From contig CBFDEM010000053.1 of the NCBI GenBank assembly GCA_965603825.1, positions 496,001-560,000 of the forward strand: 64,000 bases of DNA. Direction: 5' to 3'. Origin of the DNA: Blepharisma stoltei ATCC 30299 (taxonomy: Eukaryota; Protista; Ciliophora). The first letter of the stretch is position 1, and each line of letters opens with the position of its first letter. Both the position numbers and the translations under genes were made by a program. Under the pieces are notes generated by a model. That model was not told the origin of the DNA. It saw only the letters and a list, made by a program, of their open reading frames with translations, and searched no databases. Positions 11,307 to 25,085 of this stretch are shown in pieces.

Positions 11307-13027
11307 TGTAAGTATCGTCTATTCATAATAATTTCGAGGTTTTTCGCTAATAATCTCTTATTGTTTATGGATAATGATAGAATTTATTTCAAACGGTCTT
11401 CATATCATTTTGCATACACTAGAGTACCCTGCTATTAAAAATAACCGGAGAAAATTATGTGAAAAAATCAATTAATAGCACTATCTGCACTGCATCGATG
11501 ATTTTTTAATAAATTATTAAAAATCTTGAGTTAACAAGCAATTTGTAACAGAAAATTAAAAGGTTGCAATAGTTGTTTCAATCTAAAGTGCTAAAGATAA
11601 ATAATAAAGTATAGGAGAGAAAATAAAATATATCGCCATATAGCTGGAGAAATATTATTACTCACAAATAAGTTTGAATATAATTGTTTTATATATGAGA
11701 TTGCTTACATAGCTTGATTTTAAAGCATTTTAGGATGATTCAAGTGGGATGATAATAAATTTCTTATTTTATTGCCGTGCGAATTCAATTGCTAGTTAAT
11801 TTGATATTAAATTCTTAAGCTCTCTTTTATAAATTGGATCTTAAGCTTTTTGCTGAACAATATTAGTTTTAAGACTTTTTCTTCTTAGAGCTCGATAGAA
11901 TTAAGAAAATTTGTGCCAAATTCATTATGGCCTATATTGGATTCGGAAATAGGCAATACATAACAAGAATTCTAGGATTGAATGAAGCCGCAAAATATAT
12001 TACATTAAGAATTGGGAAGATTGAAATGAGAATGAAATTTTACTTTTTATTTTAGAGGGTTTTTATTGAAGCTTATTGAAGTTTATTGAATTTTGATAGA
12101 AAAACAAGAGAAGTGCTGCATTACAGCTTTAATTTTAAGTTAATAGTTAATAATGAATAGTGAAAGCTATAATTATAAAAGAAAAGCAGCTATTGAGAGT
12201 GGAAAGATTTTAGCATATTGCCAAAGGAAAGTTAATTCGTGACTGTACTTATATTAATTTCGCTATAGCCAAAACATTTTTTAAAAAAGTAAACAGATTA
12301 TCAAATTCCTCTATCAAAAAAATTAACAAAAATAATGAAAAATTACTATGCTAGAAATACCAAAAGACCAAGATAATATATATAAAGTAAGAAAGAAGTA
12401 ATTGTCTTAAGCATGCTTAAAGCAAGCTTACAATGGAGTTGCTTGTTGAAATGTTCAATATGTAAATAAATATTTATAACTAATTTTTTTCTTTATATTC
12501 CAGCCTCAAATCTGTAAAATCAAAAAAATTCGCATAAGCCCCAATTTTTAAAGTTTATTATTTTTAAATAAATTAAGCCCTTAATTAATGTTGAATAATG
12601 CACATGCTATAAATCTTTATACTTTTATTTATTATAGTTACCATATTCTTTCACAATAACTTTTCTGTTTAACTCAATCATGGCATACATCACTTTATAA
12701 AATATAGTGGAACTCGCAATATTCAATATGTAATTACTAATAGCATAGAGCTGAAGCTATTTAATGATAGATGCTATAGGATTTAGTGAGTAGTTGATAA
12801 TTATTTAAATTGTGAATTTTAATAAATCAATAATTCTGAATAGTTCAGTTAAAATTAATAATTTAGTATTTCTTTTGTTTTTTAATTATTAATTAATATG
12901 GAAATCCATAATTATAATATCTCTTGCTTTCAAACTGCATGCTGATAAGAAAAATTAAAAGTTTATTATTTTTTATTGCCGATAGGATAGCAAAATTTAT
13001 TTTCTTTTATCAAAGATAATAATTGAT

Positions 13028-16000
13028 ATGCAGCATAGCAGACAAAATTCATCTTGCAATTATCAAAGATTTATCAAAGCACTTTTTACTTTAATTATGC
13101 TTTCAGCGTCCTCAGAAGTTTTAATAGCATACTCAAAGCCTTCAAGTGTTACTGCAAATTTGATTTCAAATATCCGATTAGAAATTTCTGGCATTAATTC
13201 AACTGAAATTTCTTTATGTGATTTTTCCCAATTGGAAGAAGAAATTCTAGCTCGGCCAAATCTGCTTGCAATTTTTGATATAACCAATAGCCTAGATTCT
13301 GAGTTCAAGATCTCAAAACTCTGCGAAGATAACTTTCTCATACATTTTGTGGTTTCTGACAATTTGGTTTACCATAATAAAAAAACTTTTTCCCTCTCAT
13401 GCTCAAAACAAATTTTAAGAGAGGCTTTTATTGCTACTTTAGGCTACTTTAACTGAACTGATGGGATTGCTTTAACTACTGTAGAGAAATACTCAGATTC
13501 ACAGCTTTTGCTCAATGATTACTCTATTGAGCTGTTTTCACTTAGCTCAAATAGCTCAATTCAAAATTTTGTGCAAAGAGACCTAATGAATTTAGGCTCG
13601 TCACTTTTTTATTTATTTGCTGACAAAAATACTTCTCTTGAAATCCAGCAAGCATTAATGAATTCAAAAATGCTGGCCAGTGAAACAGGAATTTTGCTTA
13701 TCGGTGAAAGCAGTTATGGATCCACTGTTGAAGGAGCTCTAGCAGTTGTCGAAAAAGGCAGAGAATTAGTTGATTCTTATGAAAAATACTTATCAGTTGC
13801 TTTATCTGAATTAATTTTAATTTTAAACAATATTTCAACCGTAGATGATTTATGAATCTTGCTATCAAAAATGTGTCCAAATCATTATTGCTTCAATCAA
13901 TTTTCTCTTATAAATATCAGCCAAGGCCAAAGAAAAGTTGTAGGATCCATTGTAGGAAAAAAAATTTCTATAACCTCCCCTATCATATTTCCAGGAAATT
14001 TAGAAAAAACTCCAGCATCTCAAAAAAAAATTTTATACATCAGCGCAAACGACGGAATAACTAACCCTGGCTCTGTGTCTGTGCCAGCAATAATACGCCA
14101 TTTATGGGGCCTTACACTTGCAGTCAAAACTATCAATACCAAGTCTGATATCTTACAAAATTTTCAGCTGAAAGTTAATGATTTTGACTGTGGAGTTAGT
14201 ATATATAATGCAACGTTTTTTAATAATTGCATAAGCAAAGATAGGAATAAATTGGGATTAGCCCATATTTTTTCTATAGGGACCCCGACTGCTTACGGGG
14301 AAATTGCTACACTGGCAAAATTAAACATTACTATACCTTGTGTTGGAGCTATAAACGTTGACCCAGGCCTTTCTAATATGACTCAATATCCATTTTATAC
14401 ACGTGTAAGCTTGCCAAGTAATGTATTATATGCACAGGCTCCTTTAATATTAAAAGTTCTTGGCTGGAGCAGCGTTGCAGTCCTCTATCAAAATGACAGC
14501 TTGGGAATTACAGCCTATCATTATATTAGCCAAACCGCTGAAAAGCAAAAAATAAAAATTGTTAATTCTCTAAAAATAATCCCAGCCCTCCTTAATAGGG
14601 ATCAGCTAAAAAATTATACTAATGTGATACAAGATATCATAGATTCGCATGCTAGGATGGTAATATATGTATTGAATCCTCCTTTAACAGATTATGTTAC
14701 AGAATTATTCTATGATTTAGGCATAAGAAAAGGGGATATTTTTATTTACTCAGTTATTTCTGCATGGCTCTCTTCGATTGGTAATAAAGATGATTATACA
14801 TATAAAAGACTAAATATTGCTGTGCCGTTGATGACTGTTATCCAATCGGCATTTGTTGACGAAAAAGGGAGAAAAATTCATGATGAACTATATGCAGTTC
14901 ATGGAAACAATGAGCCTACTTCTTATAGTTGCTTGTATTATGATGCTACTTATTTGATAGCAGCAGCTTTGGACTGGACCATAAACCAAGGGAATGATTA
15001 CACCAATCCTTATATTCTTCAGGCATCTATTAGGAATATAAAATTTACAGGGTGCAGTGGAAAAATTTATATACAAAAAGATAGTAATGATGTGCAATTA
15101 ACAAGTTTAACTATCCAATCAAATTATTATAATGCCTCAACTGATATTTTAACAGCATATAACGTAGGGTATTTTACACCTACAAGCTTGCAAATGCTGG
15201 CTATAGAAAGTCCTATTATATATGCCGATGGGACTACAAATAAACCTGCAGACTTCATAACCACAAGAACAAGCTGCCCATTTGATGATAAATTAAGGCG
15301 AAGATTTCCTAAAGGCCAAGGACTGGCTTTTGGGATTTGTTTTTTTGTAGTATTAGTAACTGTAATTGCCACTTTTTATATTTGAAAAAAGTGGTGGAAT
15401 ATAAACGTTGAGGAGCTTATAAAAAGCGAAGAAATTTCAGTTGAAGACATGATTGTTGGGGCTACAATTGTTGTAGAATTTTTCCAGCTGCTTTCACAGG
15501 GTCCTGATATTCGACCCTTGAATTCTTTTCTTGCAAACATAGGAGATGCACTGTCGTTAGATCTCAAAAACTTTTCGAAGCTTGAAGATGGCGTTTTTTG
15601 GTGGTTTGCAGGCTCAATTATTACTTTATGTGTGCTGTGAGCTATTTTTTGCGTTGAAATTATTTTTCATCTAGATGAAAAATTTAATCGCATTTGATTC
15701 TTTAGAGAGTTGGGAGTCATAGCTGATTACTCGATGCCAATTTTAGGAAACTTGTGCTTCATTCCATTTATATCGATCCTTTTGGAAATTTTTGTATGTG
15801 ATCACTCTATTGGAAATAACTGATCGGATAGCTATCTCTCTGTTGATTGCTATCAGTTCTGTTGGCAAGGCAATCATCTTACTTTTGCTATCTTATCTGC
15901 GCTCTCATTAGTCTTATATGAGCCTTTGGCTGTATTCTGCAGACCTCTTTGGCAAGAGTTTCAGCATACGTTGCATGTGAAATCATTTCCTTTATATTTG

Positions 16001-16447
16001 ATGATAAAAACAATTATACAAGTGATGCTCATAGTTCTAAATAAAACTATTAAGAGGTCAAATGATATTGCCCATGGATTTATATTTTCATTTATGATTT
16101 TGCTTTATTTAGCATTCGTGTGGAGATTCAAAGCTTATAATTATGGAAGATTCAACTGGTGGCACCAACTGAGTCTTGTAGGAGTTGCATGGGTATCTTG
16201 CCTTTCAACAATAAATTTCTTAGTTGAAGGATCGAGTTTTCCATGAGTTGCTCTAATTATAGCTGGATGGGCAATCATAATTCTTACAGGACTACTTGTC
16301 CAAAAGAAGAAATATCCAAGCTTGCTATTCAGAAAGAAGGGAAAAGACACTTCATCTTTATTCAAATTCGCATTTACTTTTGGAAAGAAATCTAGAACGC
16401 ACCATTTAAAAATCGAACCTCAAACACTGGATTTGTTTAAGTCATAA
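13028..16447 (+). CDS. R1: double Venus-flytrap (ANF-receptor-like) ~9TM receptor, intact, 1139 aa
   Basis: ORFs 13028, 13508, 13859, 15449 and 15926 share one frame and are broken only by TGA; stop TAA at 16445. Signal peptide, VFT-1, VFT-2 (LAVKTIN..LQNFQL..DCG; YPFYTRV; GWSSVAVLYQND; YYDA; FTGCSG), TM bundle. Confidence 0.85.
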
Positions 16448-16962
16448 TATAAATAAAATTATAATATAAACTGAAATTATATTAAATAAAAGCATTCAAT
16501 ATTCCTATTTATAATTTTGTGAGCTTGCATTAAGAATACTTCAATAATTCTATTTAAAAATCGTTAAACTAGATTATGCAAATTTTTCCTTGACTAACTA
16601 CTTGATTAATTCTCTTTAAAGAGATTTGCGAAATTTGACTCATTGCGATTTTATTTGTTGCAAGCCAAAATAATTCTGTTGGGTTCTAACTTTCTTTAGG
16701 ATTAATCTAAAAATCATCTTATAGTATCTAAAATGTTAAAAACATAATATTGATTGCAATCCTATGCTAGAAAGACAGTTGGGAAGTATTTTAAAATAAA
16801 AAGGAAAATTGATTGCCCAATTATAATTAAAATGAATTTTTCACAAATTCGCAAGTCTATAGATCACATAACTTATAATGCAAATTAGCTATCTTAAATA
16901 TTTCTCTTTAGTTTTTATAGTATTCTTTAATCATTTTTACTAAGTCTTAATTATTAATCAAC

Positions 16963-19900
16963 ATGCAGCATGACAATAAAATTAGATTTGGGAGTCATCA
17001 ATGATATTTCAAAAAAATTTTCTTTTTGAACTTAATTGCAGTTACATTTTCCTCGGAATTTTTAATTGTTGAGTCCAATTTCTCAAAAATCGTTGCGTCC
17101 AGCTTGATCGCAGACATAAAATCAGGTATTCTGGCCAGTTCTTCAATTGGAATTATTTCCTATGATTATTCGTTACTAAAAGAAGAAATTTCAACTCGAA
17201 CAAATCTCCTTGCAGTTTTTGATATAACAGACAATTTAAACTCTCAATTTGAGATCTCAAAGCTATGTGAGGATAATTTCGTTGCACACTTTTTAGCATC
17301 AAAAAACTTGGTTTACCATAATAAATGAACTTTCTCACTTTCTAGCTCAAAAGAAAGTTTAAACGAAGCTATTATTGCTACTTTAAGATACTTTAATTGA
17401 ACTGATGGTGTGGCAGTCAGCAGCGTTGAGAATTATTCAAATTCTCAAATTATACTGAATAATTATTCTAAAAAGATTAAACTATTTTCAGCAGGCTCAG
17501 ATACTTTTATTCAAGATTTTGTTGGAAAAGAAATTATGAAATTAGGCTCTTCTCTGTTTTATTTGATGACTGATAAAAATACTTCGATTGAAATTCAGCA
17601 GGCTTTAGTGTCGTCAAAAATACTGATCAACGAAACAGGAATTGTGTTTGTTGGGGAAAGCAGCTACGGATCAACCTGTAAAGGTGCCTTAGCTATTGTA
17701 GAAAAAGGAAAAGAAGCTGTAGACTCTTATGAAAAATATCTATCTGCAGCTATTTCAGATATGATTTTATTTCTAAAAGACGTTTTAAGCTCAGAAGATC
17801 TTCCAACTGTGATATATAAAAGGTGTCCCAATTATCATTGTGCCAATGAATTTTCAATTATAAATATTCAAGCAAAAAGAAAAATCATTGGGGTTATTAA
17901 AAATGGAAATTTAACTGTTAGTTCTACTATAATTTTTCCAGGTAATTCGACTGTAATTCCAGTATCTCAAAAGAAAATATTGTATATTAGTGCAAATGAT
18001 GGAACAACTAATCCAGGGGCACCGCCTAATCAATCAATCCTTGTTTATAAAAGAGGCTTAACATTGGGCGTGAAACATATTAATAGCAGCGTTGACATGT
18101 TGCAAAATTTCCAGCTCAAGCTAAATGATTTTGACTGTGGAGTAAGTGTATATAATGCGACTTTTTTCTATAATTGCTTAAATAAGGATAAAAATAAGTT
18201 GGGGTTAGCACATATTTTTGCAATAGGCACCCCAACTGCTTACGGAGAAATCGCTACATTAGCCAAATTAAATATTACAATACCTTGTGTTGGAGCTCTT
18301 AATGTTGATCCAGGCCTCTCAAATTTTACCAAATATCCATTTTATACACGCGTAAGCTTACCAAGTAGCGTTACATTTGCACAAATTCCATTAATACTAA
18401 AAGCCCTAGGCTGAAACAGCGCCGCAATACTATATCAAAATGACAGTTTAGGAATTAACGCAAACACATATATTAGTCAAGCAGCTGAAAAACAAAATCT
18501 CATTATAGTAAACGAATTAAAAACAATTCCAGCTCTTCTTAATAGAGAGCAGCTAAGAAATTATACTAATGTTTTTGAAAACATCATTGACACCCACGCA
18601 AGAATCGTAATTTTAGTATTGAATCCTCCATTAATAGATTATACTGCAGAATTATTCTATGACTTAGGTATGAGAAAAGGCGACATCATTTTTTTGTCAA
18701 CTTATCCTTCATGACTTACTACAGTTGCTAACAAAGATGATTACACATATAAAAGAGTAGAAGTGGCAATTCCATTGATAACGGTTTTTCAGTCACTTTT
18801 TGTAGGGGAAGTAGGGAAAAAAGTTCATGACGAACTGTATAAAACATATGGAAACACTGAGCCTACATCATTTTCTTGCCAATATTATGATGCTGTATAC
18901 TTAATAGCGACTGCCTTGGATTGAACTATAGATCAAGGAAAAGACTACACTGATCCTTACGTTCTTGAAGCAGCAATAAGAGATGTGAAATTTACAGGGT
19001 GCAGCGGAAAAATTTATATACAAAAAAATAGTAATGATGTGCTTTCAACAAATTTTACAATACAATCAAACTCATATAACGCTACAGCAGAAACAACAAA
19101 AGTTTTTAATGTTGGTTTTCTAACACCTACAAGCTCACAAGTTTTAACTATCGCTTCTCCTGTTGTGTATGCTGATGGGAGTACAAATAAACCTACAGAT
19201 TTTAGAATAACGAGGACTAACTGCCCATTTGATGATAAGCTAAAGCAGACTTTTTCAAAAGGGCGAGCTTTGGTTTTTGGAATATGCTTTTTTATTGCTG
19301 TTGTAACAGCAATAATTACTTTTTTAATCTGGAAAAAGTGATGGAATATAAAGGTTGAAGAGCTTATAAAGAGTGAAGAAATTTCAGTTGAAGACATGAT
19401 TGTTGGAGCCACAATTGTTGTTGAATTTTTTCAGTTGCTTTCCCAAGGTCCTGATATTAGGCCTTTGAACTCTTTTCTTGCAGATATTGGAGATGCTCTC
19501 TCCTTGGACCTAACAAGCTTTATTAAGCTTGAAAATGGAGTGTTCTGGATGTTTGTTACAACAATAATTGTTTTATGTGGACTATGATCTATTTTTTGTA
19601 TAGAAATATTTTTGCAATTGGACGAAAAATTCAATAAAATCTGGATTTTTAGAGTTTTAGGGGTTGCAGCTGACTATTCTATGCCAATTTTAGGTAATTT
19701 ATGTTTCATTCCGTTTATATCAATCCTATTAGAAATTTTTGTATGTGATCATTCTATTGGGAATAATTTCGCAGACAGTTACCTTTCTATTGATTGCTAT
19801 CAGTTCTGCTGGCAGGGCGATCATATTACTTATGCAACCTTATCTACACTCTCGTTGGTCTTTTATGAGCCTTTTGCAGTGTTTTGCCGGCCCCTTTGGC

Positions 19901-20397
19901 AGGAGTTCCAGAGTAACTTACATGTGAAATCAATTCCTCTTTATTTGATGATAAAAACTGTCATTCAAGTGATGCTTATAGTTCTAAATAAAACCCTTAA
20001 AAGGTCAAGTGATATTGCCCATGGATTTATATTTACATTTATAATATTGTTTTATTTAGCATTTGTTTGAAGATTCAAAGCTTATAACTATGGAAGATTT
20101 AACTGATGGCTTAAACTGAGTCTCATAGGAGTCTCATGGGTATCTTGTTTATCAACAATAATTTTCTTAGTTGAAGAATCGAGTTTTCCATGAGTTTCTC
20201 TAATCATAGCTGGATGAGCAATTTTAATTTTAATAGGCTTTGCTGTCCAAAAAAAGAAATATCCAAGTTTATTATTTAGAAAAAAAGGTAAAGACACATC
20301 AACTTTATTCAAATTCGCGTTTACCTTTGGTAAGCATTCGAAAGTGCCCACTTCAAAAATCGAGCCTCAAAAATTAGACTTAAGTTCTTTCAAATAA
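16963..20397 (+). CDS. R2: double-VFT ~9TM receptor, intact, 1144 aa
   Basis: Single frame from ATG 16963 to TAA 20395 with TGA=W; colinear with R1. Confidence 0.85.
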
Positions 20398-21052
20398 TCT
20401 TTTGTATTGTGTGCAATATTAATTTGCTATTATCTCGCTCATGATTTCAATAAATTTAATAGCAAGGCCATTAGCCTACTGCTCTAATTTGGCATTCATA
20501 GAACTTAATATATAATTTAATTAGAAGCATTCCTAATTTTTTGCATCTAGGATATTACGATTTTATAGTATTTAAAGTAGAATTTATATATTGCAAGCGA
20601 ATATAGGTAATTCTAGATTTGTGAAATAAATAAAAAATCTAAATCTACCAAAATAAAAAGCTTTAAAACAGTATTTGCAGCTCTCTAGTATATTTTATGC
20701 TTAGATTAAATTTAAAAAGAAAAAGTTCAATTGAAAGTTAATAAATTTACGACCTAAAGAGATAAGACCTTGACATAAAATTATTTATACATGCTTATTA
20801 TTCTGCATTAGGTTTGATTTTAAATTAATTAATTTTTATTATCTCTTTTAAAAAAAAATTAATAAGAACTGAAAATATAGTTAAATTTATTCCACAAATG
20901 CAATTAATTGCATCATCATTACTGAGATTCGAATATTCAATCTGAATTCTCTAATATTCAAATTAGTTTAAAATTCCTTACTTATATCTAATTAGCACTT
21001 GTTTTTTAATAACTAAAAATTTCGTTTCCCTAAATAATGAGTAATAATTTAA

Positions 21053-24000
21053 ATGCAGCAAATCAGTGAAAAACTATATAATAGTTATCAAAGACCTTTC
21101 AAATTATTATGTTTCGCTATTATTGCTCTTTCTTCTTCCTTAGAAGTATTAATAGTGAATTCTGATTTCTCAAAGAGTGTCATTCCAAGCTTGGCCTCAG
21201 ATATCAAATCAAGAATTTCAGATACCCTTTCAATTGAAATTTCTTATTGTGACTATTCTTCACTTGAAAAAGAAATATCAATCCACCCAAATCTACTTGC
21301 AATATTCGACATAACTGGCCGCCTAGGTTCTCAATTTAAGATTTCAAAGCTATGTGAAGACAATTTTCTAATACATTTTATAGTTTCTGACAGCTTACCA
21401 TATCAGAATAAAAAAACATTTTCCCTGTCTAGCTCAAAAAATAGCTGAAATAAAGCTATAACTGCAACTTTAAGTTTTTTCAATTGAACTAGTGGTGTAG
21501 CAGTGGCCAACATTGAGAAATATTCATATTCTCATCTTCTCCTTAGCAATTATTACTCTGAGAAAATTAAGCTATTTTCTGTTAGCTCAGAAACTTTTAT
21601 TGAGAACTTTATTAAAAGAGAACTTATGATTCTGGGATCGTCCATGTTTTACTTATTCACAGACCAAAAGCGTTCCCTTGATATTCAACAAGCATTGATA
21701 TCTGCAAAATTATTGACCAACGGCACTGGAATTTTACTTATAGGCGAAAGTAGCTATGACTCAAAAGTTGAAGGAGCTCTAAGTATTATTGAAAAAGGCA
21801 AAGAAAATGTGGATTCCTATGCAAAATACTTATCTGTTGCTATATCAGAAACGATTTTGCTTTTAAAAAATGCTTCAAATATAGATGATGCTTTATTTTT
21901 TCTTTCAAAAAAGTGTCTAAACCATTACTGTATTAATGAATTTTCTCTTATAAATATTCAAGAAAGCCAGCGAAAGGTGGTTGGATCTATAAAAAATGGT
22001 GATCTTGTTTTGAATTCTTCTATAATGTTCCCAGGAGGCTCTTTTGATGTCCCAACATCTCAAAAAAAAATTATATACATCAGTGCAAATGATGGAACTA
22101 CTAATCCTGGTGCAGCTCCTTCACAAGCAGCCATTTTTTATAAAAGAGGACTTACATTAGCATTAAAAGAAATAAATAATGGCATTGATATGCTTCAAAA
22201 TTTTCAAATAAAACTTAATGATTTCGACTGTGGAGCAAATGTTTATAATCCAACTTTCTGCTATAACTGTTTTAATAAAGATAAAGATAGATTGGGATTA
22301 GCTCACATTGTGGGCTCTAGTTCTGCGATGGCTTATGGAGAAATTGCTACATTGGAAAAATTAAATATTACTCTTCCTTGTGTGGGAGCTATAAACTTTG
22401 ATCCAGGTCTCTCTAACTCTACTAAATACCCGCTTTACTCAAGAGTTAGCTTGCCAAGCAGAGTTGCATTTACACATATACCATTAATGCTGAAAGTTAT
22501 GGGCTGGAATAGCGTTGCATTCTTATATCAGAATGAAAGCACAGGTAACTGAGCGAATTTGTACTTTACTCAAGCAGCTATAAAACAAAATTTAAAAATC
22601 GTGAACGAAATAAGAGTCATTCCTCAGCTATTGACTAGAGAGCAGATAAGGAACTATGCACATATTTTCCAAGATATCATTGATTCAAATGTTAGAATGA
22701 TAGTTTTAGTCTTAAGTTCACCTTTAGTTGATTATGCTGCAGAACTTTTTTATGACTTAGGCATGAGAAGAGGTGACATTATGTTTTTTTCTGTTTTTCC
22801 TTCATGAATTTCTACAGTTGCAAATAAAGATGATTATACATATAAAAGGGTAGAAATCGCTATTCCTATGATAACAGCATTTCAAGCACTTTTTGTAGGA
22901 GAAAAAGGAAAGAAAGTTCGTGATGAACTATACGAAACATATGGAAATACTGAGCCTAATTCTTATTCTTGCTTATATTATGATGCTGGGTACTTGATTG
23001 GCAAAGCTTTAGACTGAAGTATAAATCAAGGAAATGATTATACCGATCCTTATATCCTTCAAAACTCAATAAGGGATGTAAGATTCACTGGATGTAGTGG
23101 AAATGTATATATGCAGAAAGGAAGCAATGATGTGCTATTATCAAGTTTTAAAATACAATCAAATTCTTATAACATTACCTCAGGAATTTTAAAAATTTTT
23201 TCTATTGGATTCCTCTCACCTACAAGTTTAAATGTTCTGACAATTGTAAATCCGATTGTGTATGCAGATGGAACTAATGATAAACCTACAGACTTTAGAG
23301 TAACTAGGACTAACTGTCCATTTGACGATAAATTAAAAAGATTATTTAATAAAGGCAGAGCTTTAGTATTTGGGATTTGCTTCTTTATTGCAGTTTTAAC
23401 AGCAATCTCAACCTTTTTAATATGGAAGAAGTGATGGGATATTGAAGTGAAAGAGCTTACAAAAAGAGAAGAAATCTCAGTTGTGGATGCTATAGTTGGG
23501 ATTTCAATTATGGTCGAATTTTTTCAATTAATTTTTATGGGCCCGGATATTCGAACTCTCAGTCCTTTTCTTGCTGACATTTGCAATATGTTAACCTTGG
23601 ATCTAAAAAGCTTTGCCAAACTTGAGAATGGGGTATTTTGGTGGTTTGCTACTGGAATAATAGTTCTATGTTGGCTTTGGACTATTTTCTGTTTTGAAAT
23701 CTTTTTCCATTGAGACGAGAAGTTTAGACACATCTGATTCTTTAGAGCCTTAGGGGTTTTAGCTGATCATTCTATGCCAGTATTAGGAAATTTATGTTTT
23801 ATCCCATTTATATCAATTTTATTAGAAGTTTTTATATGTGACCACTCCATTGGAAATAATTTTACAGACAGCTACCTCTCTATTGATTGTTATCAGTTTT
23901 GCTGAAAAGGAAATCATATGATTTATGCTATCTTATCAGCAATTTCATTAATTTGCTACGAGCCTTTCGCAATTTTTTGCAGACCTCTTTGGCAAGAGTT

Positions 24001-24472
24001 TCAATCAGCATTGCACGTAAAATCATATCCTCTGTATTTGATGGTAAAAACAGTTGTCCAGGTTGTTTTAATTGTTTTAAATAAAACTCTTAAGAGGTCA
24101 AGTGGCGTTACTCATGGATTTGTGTTTACTTTTTTTATTGGCCTCTACGCGGTATTTTTTTTGAAATTCAGGGCCTATAATTACGGAAGGTACAACTTAT
24201 GGCTCCAATTGAGCCTTATTGGAATTGCTTGGATATCTTGTTTGGCAACGATAAATATGCTAATAAAGCGCCATAGTTTTCCATGGATTTCATTGATTTT
24301 AGGTGGATGGTGTATTCTAATTTTCATAGGATTTATAATTCAAAAGAAGAAGTACCCAAATTTATTATATAGAAAGAAAGGGAAAGATACCTCAACTTTA
24401 TTTAAGTTTGCCTTTACCTTTTGAAAGCAGTCACGAATGCATCGTTCAAAAATTGAACTTCAAAAGCCATAA
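21053..24472 (+). CDS. R3: double-VFT ~9TM receptor, open frame, 1139 aa
   Basis: All component ORFs share one frame, to TAA 24470; colinear paralog. Confidence 0.82.
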
Positions 24473-24526
24473 TGTTTGTATTATGTATATCATAAATAAC
24501 TCATAATTATTTGATTTCCATATATT

Positions 24527-24628
24527 AAGACACCTCGACTTTATTTAAATTTGCAGCTAGTTGCGTTCGGCAAGCAATTTCAGACTCTCCATTTAAAATC
24601 GAGCCTAAAAGCTAGATTTTTAAAATAG
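24527..24628 (+). pseudogene. ~100-bp relic of a receptor 3' end
   Basis: gacacctcgactttatttaaatttgca encodes DTSTLFKFA, followed by a degraded ...ttcggcaag...aaaatcgagcctaaaagctagat (FGK..KIEP.KLD). Confidence 0.75.
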
Positions 24629-25085
24629 TAAGCTTATTTAGAACTTACTAGCAATAATTATAATAAATAGTGTTTAAAAGATCAGCGTCAAGAGATGCTA
24701 GGATTTCAGTGCCCTGCTTTTAATATTATAAATATTATGAGCCAAAAAATATCGCAATCTAAGATCTTATTATGTTTAAATACTTCTTAAATAATTAATA
24801 CATATATAAATTTGAATTTATTCGCCAAGTACATAAAGTAAACAGTTGCTAGAAAATATCATTAGTTTGAAAAGCATATTAACTAATTTAATATCGAAAT
24901 CCATATTATAATCAGTTTATATTTTATTAAGAAATTCAAATTAAAGAAAATAGCTTTAATTGCTCCTTGATAATTTAATCAAAGAAAGTGCTTTATTAAA
25001 ATACTGCTAATTTTTTTAGACTTTATAATTAAAAAGTTTTACTTAAATAGTTTTCAATGAGGTTTTGGATAAATTATTTACTGGC

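Noticed and set aside
12060-12420. Short TTATTGAA x3 repeat and the palindrome TTAAGCATGCTTAA (12407-12420) in the long spacer before R1
   Set aside because: Low complexity in very AT-rich DNA; no spacer structure (not CRISPR) and no element boundaries.
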